Assembly: GCA_900757715.1 (NCBI GenBank)
Contig: CAAEOZ010000090.1
Location: forward strand, 2,740-66,739
Length of the DNA stretch: 64,000 bases
From: an uncultured Veillonella sp.
GTDB lineage: Bacteria > Bacillota > Negativicutes > Veillonellales > Veillonellaceae
Reading direction: 5' to 3'
Within the stretch, counting starts at the first letter, position 1. Every line of letters starts with the position of its first letter. Both the position numbers and the translations under genes were made by a program. This document shows positions 19,971-28,878 of the stretch, in pieces. A model generated the notes under the pieces. The model did not search any database. It had not been told where the DNA came from and saw only the letters and a list, made by a program, of their open reading frames with translations.

Positions 19971-22025
19971 ATGGGGTTAGTAGAATATAAACAAGACTTT
20001 GATGAAGAGATTAAGACGAGTGTATATGGAACAGGTGTTAGTACGAAAGCAGCTTTTTTAGAGGCTGCATCTGGATTACTAGGAGATAATGAACTTGAGT
20101 CTGAGTTTCAAATTGTCGAATATGAAGGTATAGGATATCGTCAACATAGATTACAGTTAGATGGATATGTTTATGGTGAGTTATCCAATTGTATGTCATT
20201 AGCACTTGTAGATTACCGTCATGATGATAGTGTAGTTACAGCTACAGATATTGACACAATAGTAAAACGTGCTAGATTTTTCCTTGAAGATATTGACTAT
20301 ATACTTAGTCATGCGGAGGAGAGTTCACCAGGATATGGATTGGCATTAGATATAAAGAATAATGTTTTTGATATTCAAAAATATAAAATTTATCTTTTTA
20401 CTAATAATCCAATGTCTAATCGTATTAAGACTCTTGAAGCAGATCAAATTGGAGGTATTCCTATAGGATACCATGTATGGGATATAGCTAGATTATATGA
20501 ATTATCTCAAAATTTGACTATGAAGGAAGATTACGAGATAGAATTTAGTGAGTTTAGCGATAAATCAATTCCTTGCTTATCAGTTACGAGTGGTGAAGAT
20601 TATCAAGGCTATATGGCTTGTATTCCAGGAATTGTATTAGCAAAGTTATATATCAAGCTTGGTGCTAAACTATTAGAGAGCAATGTACGTTCTTTCTTAC
20701 AGATTAGAGGAAAAGTTAATAAAGGTATCAGAAATACTATTATAAAAGAACCTAATAAGTTTTTTGCATATAATAATGGTATTACATGTACTGCGGATTC
20801 TATCAAAATTGATAGTGATAATGGTACTCCAATATTAATATCCTGTCAAAATCTTCAAATTGTAAATGGTGGACAAACTACAGCTTCATTGGCATCAGCT
20901 CTTTTAGACAAAAAAGAACATTTAGAAAAAAATATTAATGATATTTATGTACCGATGAAGATTTCTGTAGTTACAGATGAAAACTCGGCAGAGCTCGTTG
21001 CCAATATTTCTAGATATGCTAATAGTCAGAATAAAGTAAATGAAGCCGATTTATCTGCTAACCACCCGTATCATGTTAGAATTGAGCAATTGTCGAAAAC
21101 AACTAGTGCTCCTGCTCTACATGGTCAACAGTTTGGTACATATTGGTACTATGAGCGTGCGCGTGGATCATATGCTCAAGAAACGCATAAAGCTACAGTA
21201 TCTACTAAAAAGAATTTTGAAGCAAAATATCCTAAAAAACAGAAGTTTGATAAAACTGAATTGGCAAAACTTGTTAATATATTTTCAAGTCGCCCACATA
21301 TAGCTAGTGCCGGGGGGCAAAAAGCTTTTGTTCATTTTATGGAAGATATCTCTAAGGTATGGGACCGTAATCCTAAAGATTTTGGACCAAGTTATTTTAA
21401 AGAGCTAATTTGCTATAAAATTTTATTTAGAGAGACTGATAATGTTGTAAAGTCTTCAGAATGGTATGGTAGTTATAAGGCGAACATCGTAGCCTATACA
21501 TTGAGTAAGCTTTTTGATATTATAGAAAAACGTTATAAAGGTAAGTCTATTAATTTTAACTATATCTGGAAAAATCAAAATATTAGTTTAGCGATGCGTA
21601 ACCAGTTAAAAATTTTGACAAAATTCACACATGACTATTTGATTGATGATAGTAGAGATGTACAAAATGTTACAGAATGGGCTAAAAAAACTAATTGTTG
21701 GGACCGCTTTAAAATGATGCCTTTTTCTCTAGAAGGAGATTTCATTGATGAATTAGTCTTGACCTCTGAGCTAATAGCTGAAGGACCTAATACGACGGAG
21801 TGGACTGAAGATCTGGCTATGATTGAGGTTTTTAAGATAAAAGCATCTTTATGGTACAATTTAAAAAGTTGGAATAGTAACCATTACGTGTTAACTCAAA
21901 AAGAAATAGATTTTATAGATTGTGCTATAAAAATCAATACTAAAGGATGGTACCCAAGTGCTAAACAATGTATTAAAATTTTAGAAACTCTTGACCGTGC
22001 CCGTTCAGAAGGTTTCCCTGAATAA
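19971..22025 (+). CDS. AIPR (abortive-infection phage resistance) family protein
   Basis: Hallmark QNLQIVNGGQTTASLASAL motif and FFAYNNGITCTADSI. 684 aa. Confidence 0.85.
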   Translation: MGLVEYKQDFDEEIKTSVYGTGVSTKAAFLEAASGLLGDNELESEFQIVEYEGIGYRQHRLQLDGYVYGELSNCMSLALVDYRHDDSVVTATDIDTIVKRARFFLEDIDYILSHAEESSPGYGLALDIKNNVFDIQKYKIYLFTNNPMSNRIKTLEADQIGGIPIGYHVWDIARLYELSQNLTMKEDYEIEFSEFSDKSIPCLSVTSGEDYQGYMACIPGIVLAKLYIKLGAKLLESNVRSFLQIRGKVNKGIRNTIIKEPNKFFAYNNGITCTADSIKIDSDNGTPILISCQNLQIVNGGQTTASLASALLDKKEHLEKNINDIYVPMKISVVTDENSAELVANISRYANSQNKVNEADLSANHPYHVRIEQLSKTTSAPALHGQQFGTYWYYERARGSYAQETHKATVSTKKNFEAKYPKKQKFDKTELAKLVNIFSSRPHIASAGGQKAFVHFMEDISKVWDRNPKDFGPSYFKELICYKILFRETDNVVKSSEWYGSYKANIVAYTLSKLFDIIEKRYKGKSINFNYIWKNQNISLAMRNQLKILTKFTHDYLIDDSRDVQNVTEWAKKTNCWDRFKMMPFSLEGDFIDELVLTSELIAEGPNTTEWTEDLAMIEVFKIKASLWYNLKSWNSNHYVLTQKEIDFIDCAIKINTKGWYPSAKQCIKILETLDRARSEGFPE

Positions 22026-22052
22026 GTTATATAGTAGTAAGGAGTAGTATTA

Positions 22053-23291
22053 ATGTTAAATGTAGTTGAAGCCTTTAGTGGCATTGGCAGTCAGGCTAAA
22101 GCATTAAAAAAATTAGGCATTGACTATAAAGTGGTTAATATACTGGAGTGGGATATATCAGCTTTTGTTGCTTATGATTTTATACATAATGGTGCTCCAG
22201 ACATAACTCCTTATAAGAATCTTACAAAACTAGAGTTATTAGAGCGATTAGTTCCACTCAATCTAAGTAGTGATGGTAAGAATCCTGTCTCTAGAATTGC
22301 TTTAAAGGCGTGGTCAGTAGAAGCATTGCGAATTATATGGGCTGCATATAATAGAACTCGTAATTTAGGTGATATTCAAAAAGTAGATCATCTTACTTTC
22401 CCGAGTGATGTTGATATATTAACATACTCTTTTCCTTGCCAAGATTTGTCTATTGGTGGTGCATGGCATAACAATCATTCCGGTATCGATCGTGATGCCA
22501 ATAATCGATCAGGCTTACTTTGGGAGGTTGAAAGAATCTTAGAGTCCATTCAAGAGAATGGAAAAGAATTGCCTCGTTTTCTATTAATGGAAAATGTTAG
22601 TAATATTCTTTCTAAGCGACATGCATCTAATTTCAATGACTGGAAAAATCAGCTAGAGCGATTAGGTTATTACAACAAAGTATATACATTAGATGCATCT
22701 AATTTTGGTAGTCCACAGCGGCGTGTAAGAACCTTTATGGTTAGTGTTTTATTATCGAATAATGATGCTCAGGCTTTGGTGGAGCAATATTTTAAAGATA
22801 ATGATTTAGAAGAAAGGTTTAAGAATAAGCCTAAAAAACCTAAAAAGCTTGAACGTTTTTTACGAATGGATTACTCCAACACAATTTATAAAGAAGAGGC
22901 TAATATCTCTAATCCAAATGATACGCCATCTCGTCGTAAAATATATGAGGGGAATGATATTCTTAATAAGCCCATAGGTTTTAATGAATATATTGGTACT
23001 CTAACGACTAAACAAGATCGACATCCCAACGCTGGTATTCTTGAATTTCCTGAACATCGTACAGGAGGTAGCCCTTATCGAAATCTAACTCCTAGAGAAT
23101 GCTTCCTATTAATGGGATTTGATGAGTCTGATTATAATAGAATACTGAAATACAACCCCCAACTACAAAAAAATAAGAAGCTTTATTCTCGTGAACGATT
23201 AGAACGTCTTGCAGGTAATAGTATAGTTATTGATGTATTAATTAAAATCTTTGAACAAATTAATGAGTTAAAATTTTTAATTTATCGTTAA
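22053..23291 (+). CDS. DNA (cytosine-5)-methyltransferase (Dcm-type)
   Basis: Motif I AFSGIGS, motif IV SFPCQDLS, motif VI LMENVSNIL, motif VIII QRRVRTF and C-terminal AGNSIVIDV (motif X). Confidence 0.9.
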   Translation: MLNVVEAFSGIGSQAKALKKLGIDYKVVNILEWDISAFVAYDFIHNGAPDITPYKNLTKLELLERLVPLNLSSDGKNPVSRIALKAWSVEALRIIWAAYNRTRNLGDIQKVDHLTFPSDVDILTYSFPCQDLSIGGAWHNNHSGIDRDANNRSGLLWEVERILESIQENGKELPRFLLMENVSNILSKRHASNFNDWKNQLERLGYYNKVYTLDASNFGSPQRRVRTFMVSVLLSNNDAQALVEQYFKDNDLEERFKNKPKKPKKLERFLRMDYSNTIYKEEANISNPNDTPSRRKIYEGNDILNKPIGFNEYIGTLTTKQDRHPNAGILEFPEHRTGGSPYRNLTPRECFLLMGFDESDYNRILKYNPQLQKNKKLYSRERLERLAGNSIVIDVLIKIFEQINELKFLIYR

Positions 23292-23293
23292 CA

Positions 23294-23350
23294 TTAAAGG
23301 GGCTGTAACAGAATGTGGTTTTAACACATTCTGTTACAGCCCCTTTAATG
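23294..23350. terminator. bidirectional terminator (24-bp perfect stem); right boundary of the defence island
   Basis: ttaaaggggctgtaacagaatgtg gtttta acacattctgttacagcccctttaa. Confidence 0.8.
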
Positions 23351-23368
23351 TTTTATACATTTATTAAT

Positions 23369-23533
23369 TTAAGGCTGCCATTTCGAATATCCAAATCCCA
23401 TCATAATAATGCTCACGACAAGCATGCCGTTACCAAGGGTAATGGTGCTTTCAGTTGTGGCTAGACAGGTGATAAAGGATCCGATACCCATAATGATTGT
23501 CCCTAGTATAGCAGATAGTTTATGAATTGCCAT
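23369..23533 (-). CDS. possible 54-aa hydrophobic small protein
   Basis: MAIHKLSAILGTIIMGIGSFITCLATTESTITLGNGMLVVSIIMMGFGYSKWQP. Starts 6 nt after the permease stop. No strong RBS. Confidence 0.25.
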   Translation of the reverse strand: MAIHKLSAILGTIIMGIGSFITCLATTESTITLGNGMLVVSIIMMGFGYSKWQP

Positions 23534-23538
23534 GATAA

Positions 23539-24843
23539 TCATCCCTTGCTTTCACTAACAACATTAGGTTTAACAATATACGTAATGAGTGCGTACAGTA
23601 GGGCACCGATTACAATCCCGTTCAGCGAAGCCAGTCCGAATGGTATGAATTTAACACAGACCAATGCGATGGCCCATGTAATCCATGGAACTAGATTCCA
23701 TTTTTTGAAAGTCGCTTTGTTGTAATCGATATATTTTCCGCGATGAACCAGGTAAAAGTCTGCTAAGATAATGCCGCATAGTGGCGGAACGATGATGCCT
23801 AGTGTACTTAAGAATACAAAGAGGGAGTCAATTTTATATGGCTGTGTCATTGTTGCTAATGCAGAGATAGCAATGAGCACGGCTAGCATAATATTTCTGT
23901 TTAGTTTGAAAGAATTTGCTAGGTTTAATGATGTGGAATACAGGTTCGCACCATTTGTGGTAAAGATATTTGTAGTCAACAATAGTAAGCTTGGGAATAC
24001 AAGACCAAAGCTTAATAGTACGTTGATTAAGTCACCATCATTCATAGCAACGCCTGCGATAGCACCGCAGCTGATCATTAAGGTATTGCCGCCTAATAGA
24101 CCAATTGTGCTCGCTGTAATAACATCTTTCTTGCTTTTACCATAGCGCATAATATCGGCGATACATGTAGCAGTAGACAAAATCCATGTACCGATAACGA
24201 TGGTAATGCCTGACAGTAAATCGATAGGTTGCAATGGCACATAGTTAAATAGTTCTTGCCAGCCACCGATTGTTTGAACCGAGCGAGCCGCTGTTCCTAG
24301 TGAAAGGAATACGATAGATGGAATCGCAATATAGCCGAATACGGCGAGGGATTTAATGCCGAGAACTGCAAAGATACCCATGATAACGGCGCTAAGCATC
24401 ATCGCAATGATTTCGCCTGTGTAGGAAAGGTTAAAAACTTGAGCAATAAAATGTCCATATAAAGCCGCTTGAATCGTGTACCAACCTAGATTGACGATAG
24501 GTACAAAGAGAGAGGCAATTCTAGATCCTTCCTGACCGAAGCTGTATCTCGTCAAAAGGGCAAAGGTAAGGCCTGTTTTATAGGCGATTACACTCACTAG
24601 CCCTGCGATGATACATAAGAAAATGTTGCCTAGAATCATGGCTAATAGTAATTCGTTAAAAGTTAGCCCTGCCGCTAATCCACCACCAGCCATCATACTA
24701 GTTACAAGAAAAACGAATCCAGTCCAAACAATGGTGAGAGAAAAGCACGACTTCCTTGCTCCTAACGGGACAGGCTCTCTAGAATACTCATTATCTGTGT
24801 TCGTATCAACTGGTTCAACAAACTCTAATTTCTCCTTACTCAT
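23539..24843 (-). CDS. NCS1-family nucleobase:cation symporter (cytosine/purine permease-like)
   Basis: 434 aa, multi-TM, CodB-like N-terminal region (RKSCFSLTIVWTGFVFLVTSMMAGGGLAAG). Confidence 0.8.
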   Translation of the reverse strand: MSKEKLEFVEPVDTNTDNEYSREPVPLGARKSCFSLTIVWTGFVFLVTSMMAGGGLAAGLTFNELLLAMILGNIFLCIIAGLVSVIAYKTGLTFALLTRYSFGQEGSRIASLFVPIVNLGWYTIQAALYGHFIAQVFNLSYTGEIIAMMLSAVIMGIFAVLGIKSLAVFGYIAIPSIVFLSLGTAARSVQTIGGWQELFNYVPLQPIDLLSGITIVIGTWILSTATCIADIMRYGKSKKDVITASTIGLLGGNTLMISCGAIAGVAMNDGDLINVLLSFGLVFPSLLLLTTNIFTTNGANLYSTSLNLANSFKLNRNIMLAVLIAISALATMTQPYKIDSLFVFLSTLGIIVPPLCGIILADFYLVHRGKYIDYNKATFKKWNLVPWITWAIALVCVKFIPFGLASLNGIVIGALLYALITYIVKPNVVSESKG

Positions 24844-25225
24844 ACATCTATACTCCTTTACGTAATAAAAAAGCTACCATGATGCGTTTTAAGATTTATA
24901 TAAGCATGGTAGTAAAGACCTATTATGTAGTGTAAATATAGTGGATTTCTCTAATAAAGGATACATATTTAATTTGTCATAAACGAATGGTATTTGTCTT
25001 CATTAAAACATACGGGGAATGAATATTCAATATGTATACTATGCATATTGAGCAATGTTGAGAATGATCGTTTCTTTGCTATTGATATTGGTTGGATACA
25101 TTAAGTTTTAAAGGAGAATGTAATAGACATGCCGTTGAAACAAAAATAAGTGAGACTTATAATTGTAATATATTAAGTAACTATATTTATTATTTAGTGT
25201 GTAAGGTGTATTAGGGAGATTAAAA

Positions 25226-25957
25226 ATGAAAGAAAAATTGAAGTTATTTGTTTGTATGTGTTTTAGTATTGTGTGCTTAGTTTCTGCATTAACTATTGAA
25301 GCAGCTCAAGTGCCATTAGATAGTGTTATCCGTACATCTCAAAAGGTTGCAGGCGATTGGTATGATGCTAGTGGTAATAAGGTATTGAGTATTTCCAATG
25401 GGTATATTAATGGCTGTCGTATTGTTGATGGTGCTGATTTTGTTGGTGGCTATCCTGGTGCAGGCGTTTTTATTATTCAAGAGGCTCAAGGTAGAAAAGC
25501 TATTCATTTACAATGGTTAGGTAATGGTGATCATAAAACCTTAATCATGAATAAAAAAGAACAACTAACCAATAAGCTACAAAAAGAGCATTATGAATCT
25601 GTTAATGGAGTTTATTTGGGGATGAATCAACAAGCAGTTATTGATTTACTAGGTACGCCAAGCTCCAGTGAAAAGATGTATAGTCGTGAAACATTAAAAT
25701 ATTCGAATTTAGGACTTAAAGTAGTGACTGAGCATTATATGGTTACAGTTATTACTCTTACTGGTAAAAATGCTCATTTTGCAAAATCTGGATTGAGTAT
25801 TGATTCATCAATGCTAGATTATTACAACTTCTATCAATTTAATAGAATGCCTTCGGAGCTTTCAAAAGATAAATACCAAGGACCATTCTCCATTGGTCAT
25901 GGTGAATATATATTCTTTGATGGTAACGAGGTTTCTCTCACTATGTATAATACTTAG
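25226..25957 (+). CDS. secreted hypothetical protein
   Basis: Signal peptide MKEKLKLFVCMCFSIVCLVSALTIEAA. The gene is AT-rich. Confidence 0.5.
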   Translation: MKEKLKLFVCMCFSIVCLVSALTIEAAQVPLDSVIRTSQKVAGDWYDASGNKVLSISNGYINGCRIVDGADFVGGYPGAGVFIIQEAQGRKAIHLQWLGNGDHKTLIMNKKEQLTNKLQKEHYESVNGVYLGMNQQAVIDLLGTPSSSEKMYSRETLKYSNLGLKVVTEHYMVTVITLTGKNAHFAKSGLSIDSSMLDYYNFYQFNRMPSELSKDKYQGPFSIGHGEYIFFDGNEVSLTMYNT

Positions 25958-26082
25958 TATGGCTAGAATAATTTGTCATTTAGATTATACTGTATCAGAG
26001 TAGTATGGATTATTGCTTGGGTTTCAAAGGTTAGATGTTTATTTAGTAAGATATTTAATTTATATAAAGGAATATCAGAATA

Positions 26083-26936
26083 TGGGATATATTGAGTTTA
26101 TATTAATGTACATAACAGATATATCAAGATCTTTTAAAGAGGTAATAAACTTTATAGGAAGTCTTTCTGCATCTGTTATTACGATTTATTTAGGATATTT
26201 AACGCTAAGAAAGTCAGTGAGATTTATTGGATATACTTCTTATAATAGTGTGTGGAATGGTAGTAGTTATGGTATTACTCTTTTTAATAATAGTTTGACT
26301 GCAGTGTGTATTAATGAAATTTTATTGGTATTCGATTCAAATAAATATTTACCAATACTATTAAGAAACTTCAATGAACCACTTACAATTGAGCCTCGCC
26401 GTATTATAGAGGTCAAGTCTAATCCTATTAGTAAATATATTAATATAAATGATGATAAGTTAAGTGTTAAAGGCGTTATTATTAAATATGCTACTGGAGA
26501 ATATGTATTTTGTAATTTTAGATATAATGGTATATTTCAATGGGTAAGAAATAAATTAAACTGTCATATATGGATAAATAAAAAACAAAATAGATATGTA
26601 TGGTTAAATAAAAAACTGCATAGATGTACATGGATAAATAAAATAGTGAAAGACTTTAATGAGATTCAAAGTATTCGTAAGACCTTTGGTGATACAGTTA
26701 TTGGTTGTGCTGTTAAATATATTGTTAATATTACCTATAATGATACTAATACAAGTGAGCGTATTTATATATTACGAAATGGTACATTAAGTCAATCGAT
26801 TAGCAATAGTAATATAAGTATTGGATGTATAGATAGTCAATATCTAAATAGTGATAAACAATTATACGATTTTTTAAAAACTATGTTTACGTCAAATGAA
26901 AATATTTGTATATCTATTGATGATATGGATAAATAA
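26083..26936 (+). CDS. hypothetical protein with internal W(I/L)NKK repeats; start uncertain
   Basis: Very AT-rich ORF. CHIWINKKQNRYVWLNKKLHRCTWINK repeats. One N-terminal hydrophobic segment. Confidence 0.4.
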
Positions 26937-27018
26937 TTTGAATATCTATTTTTAGATATGTAGATTAAATTTATTTAAATACTTTATGTGACTATTTATA
27001 GTCTTAAGTCTTATTTGC

Positions 27019-27075
27019 AGGCACGTTCTCACGAGTGTAGTATACTTATACTAATGAGAACGTGCTTATTGTTGT
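27019..27075 (+). promoter_or_regulatory. leader hairpin with a conserved loop (tagtatacttatactaat) 15 nt upstream of the RBS of paralog 1
   Basis: 5' arm gcacgttctca pairs with 3' arm tgagaacgtgc, then cttattgttgttt and RBS gagagg. Compare 30731..30790. Confidence 0.5.
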
Positions 27076-27089
27076 TTGAGAGGTGTTAT

Positions 27090-28313
27090 ATGAAATTAAA
27101 AAGTATATTGTTGGGATTGGCTGTAGCGCTAGCTTTTACCATGCCTATTTATGCGGCGCAGTATACTGTTCCTGAAGGGCAACCACCTGTGCCAGGGGCT
27201 GATGCAAGTATTCCAGATAATGCGTATCAGAACTATCGTTATGGTGATATTCGTAAAGCGCCTAATTTTGAAATACAAGAGGTACTTAAGCTTAGATATA
27301 AAGAGATAGATGAGCTTGTTCGTAATCGCAAGATAAGTGTAGAAGATGCAGAAGCACTTAAGAAAGTAAATGTTAAGTATATGGATTTGACTTCTCATGA
27401 TTCTACGGTCATACTACTACATGAAGATGGCTTTAATGCTAAGATGACGGCACCTATTAGAGCTGTAACTGGGATATTTACTCCTTTAAAGTCTGATGGT
27501 ATTACGTCTTTTGCTGTAGACCGTTATGCACTTGCATCGCTTTCAGGTACTATAGTAACAACTGAGGACAACTATAATGAAAATAGCGAATTGCGTAAAG
27601 GTATGTTTATTTATCCTGGTTTTAAATCGGCCTATTGGAGCATAAGTGATGAATCAGTAAGAAATGATAGTCCTATGATTTTAGCTTATGTTACATTTGA
27701 TAGTGATTCTAATCGACATTATATTGTTGGATTAAGTAAATTTCACCAACCAAATGTAAAGGAACTAGAAACAGAAATGGCTAATGTCGTGATTCCCTCT
27801 ATCCAGCTGTTAGATGAATTAGCACGTATTAGTAATCTTGTTAAATGGGATAATATTACGTATCGCTTGCCTAAAGGGATGATGTTGAAAGCGGAAGAAA
27901 AGGTTGATTCTGAGTATAGTAGGCGAGTATATTATGGTCAAGGGTTAGAGTTAGTTATTGATAGAGGTCCTATTGTACATGATGATAGTGCAATGAGTGG
28001 ATACTTTAATCGTATTTTTGCGGATTACCTCTATGGTTCTTCATCACCTTTATTACGAGATATACCAATTCAATCGGCCATAGTCTGGAATAACGGTGTA
28101 CCTACATATCTTATGGATCAACATAATCCAGGTAAACAATCACATATATTCCAATTAATACAAGACAATCAGTATGAATATGATATGCATCTTACCTATG
28201 AGGATGGAAAGGCAAAATATAATCATATTGAACTACGCAATATAATGGAATATTTAGATTTTAAAAATGCTAAAGAGTTAAGAAGAAAAGCAGAAATAAA
28301 GACAAAGAAATAA
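27090..28313 (+). CDS. secreted protein, paralog family member 1 (unknown function)
   Basis: Signal peptide MKLKSILLGLAVALAFTMPIYA. Motifs VPEGQPPVPGADASIPDNAYQNYRY, VIPSIQLL, WDNITYRLPK, VWNNGVP and LRNIMEYLDF are shared with the 30808 and 33709c products. Confidence 0.75.
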   Translation: MKLKSILLGLAVALAFTMPIYAAQYTVPEGQPPVPGADASIPDNAYQNYRYGDIRKAPNFEIQEVLKLRYKEIDELVRNRKISVEDAEALKKVNVKYMDLTSHDSTVILLHEDGFNAKMTAPIRAVTGIFTPLKSDGITSFAVDRYALASLSGTIVTTEDNYNENSELRKGMFIYPGFKSAYWSISDESVRNDSPMILAYVTFDSDSNRHYIVGLSKFHQPNVKELETEMANVVIPSIQLLDELARISNLVKWDNITYRLPKGMMLKAEEKVDSEYSRRVYYGQGLELVIDRGPIVHDDSAMSGYFNRIFADYLYGSSSPLLRDIPIQSAIVWNNGVPTYLMDQHNPGKQSHIFQLIQDNQYEYDMHLTYEDGKAKYNHIELRNIMEYLDFKNAKELRRKAEIKTKK

Positions 28314-28329
28314 GCAAAAGAAATACATA

Positions 28330-28358
28330 AAAGGCCGTACCTTTTGGTACGGTCTTTG
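28330..28358. terminator. terminator hairpin
   Basis: aaaggccgtacc ttttg gtacggtcttt, with A/T runs on both sides. Confidence 0.55.
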
Positions 28359-28395
28359 CTACATTTATCTATATATTCCTATTATTCGTTCCTTA

Positions 28396-28424
28396 TTGTA
28401 TCGTATATTAGTTCGTTCTATAAT
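28396..28424 (+). promoter_or_regulatory. sigma-70-type promoter for the small toxin-like ORF (-35 ttgtat, 17-bp spacer, -10 tataat)
   Basis: Consensus-like -10 tataat at 28419-28424. Conserved in copy 3 (32621-32649). Confidence 0.5.
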
Positions 28425-28485
28425 AGACTTAGGATAGTTAGATGAGGTTGGGCCTCTCTTCGTCATCGAAGGGAGGGATAAGCCT

Positions 28486-28587
28486 ATGAGTGATTATGAA
28501 ATAATCATGCTCTTATTACAGGTAATAACGGTTGTTATTGCCTTTGGGGCATTAATAGCGCTTATTTGTCTCACAAAAGACAAATAG
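28486..28587 (+). CDS. 33-aa hydrophobic peptide, type I toxin-like (resembles Fst/holin-like-toxin small membrane peptides)
   Basis: MSDYEIIMLLLQVITVVIAFGALIALICLTKDK: one TM helix with a charged C-terminus. The SD gggagg is buried in the 5'-UTR hairpin cctctcttcg/cgaagggagg (28453-28476). Confidence 0.55.
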   Translation: MSDYEIIMLLLQVITVVIAFGALIALICLTKDK

Positions 28588-28687
28588 CCCTCCGTTGCCT
28601 AGTGTAACTAGATAACTGAAAGGCCATTTCCTAATCTTTTTTTTCAATTTCGAGATGCGCCTGACGTTTCGACTCGTCTGACTATCT
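28560..28687 (-). ncRNA. putative cis-antisense RNA (type I antitoxin candidate); 5' end inferred, 3' end unknown
   Basis: Minus-strand promoter: -35 TTGACG (28717-28722 revcomp), 17-bp spacer, -10 TATAAT (28694-28699 revcomp). It points into the 3' end of the peptide ORF and is conserved in all three copies. Confidence 0.4.
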
Positions 28688-28878
28688 TCTTATATTATAG
28701 TAAGGTTATTATATATCGTCAAATTATGATGAACACGTGTATGGCATACAGTTTGATGAGGGTATTGTAAAATGAGAAAACTCCTATTGGCTTTCACCGA
28801 TAGGAGTTTTTGGTTTTATAATTGTAATTTTATAGTACTTTTAGGCCTATTATTAAGTCACAGATTATAACAAACTAA

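Noticed and set aside
20609-21859. Short ORFs inside the AIPR gene (20609..20806c, 21040..21303+, 21635..21859c)
   Set aside because: They are embedded in a well-supported long coding frame and are AT-rich shadow ORFs.
23369-23533. 54-aa hydrophobic ORF downstream of the NCS1 permease
   Set aside because: Kept only as a low-confidence feature: no SD and no recognisable family, so it may be a translated artefact of the permease 3' region.
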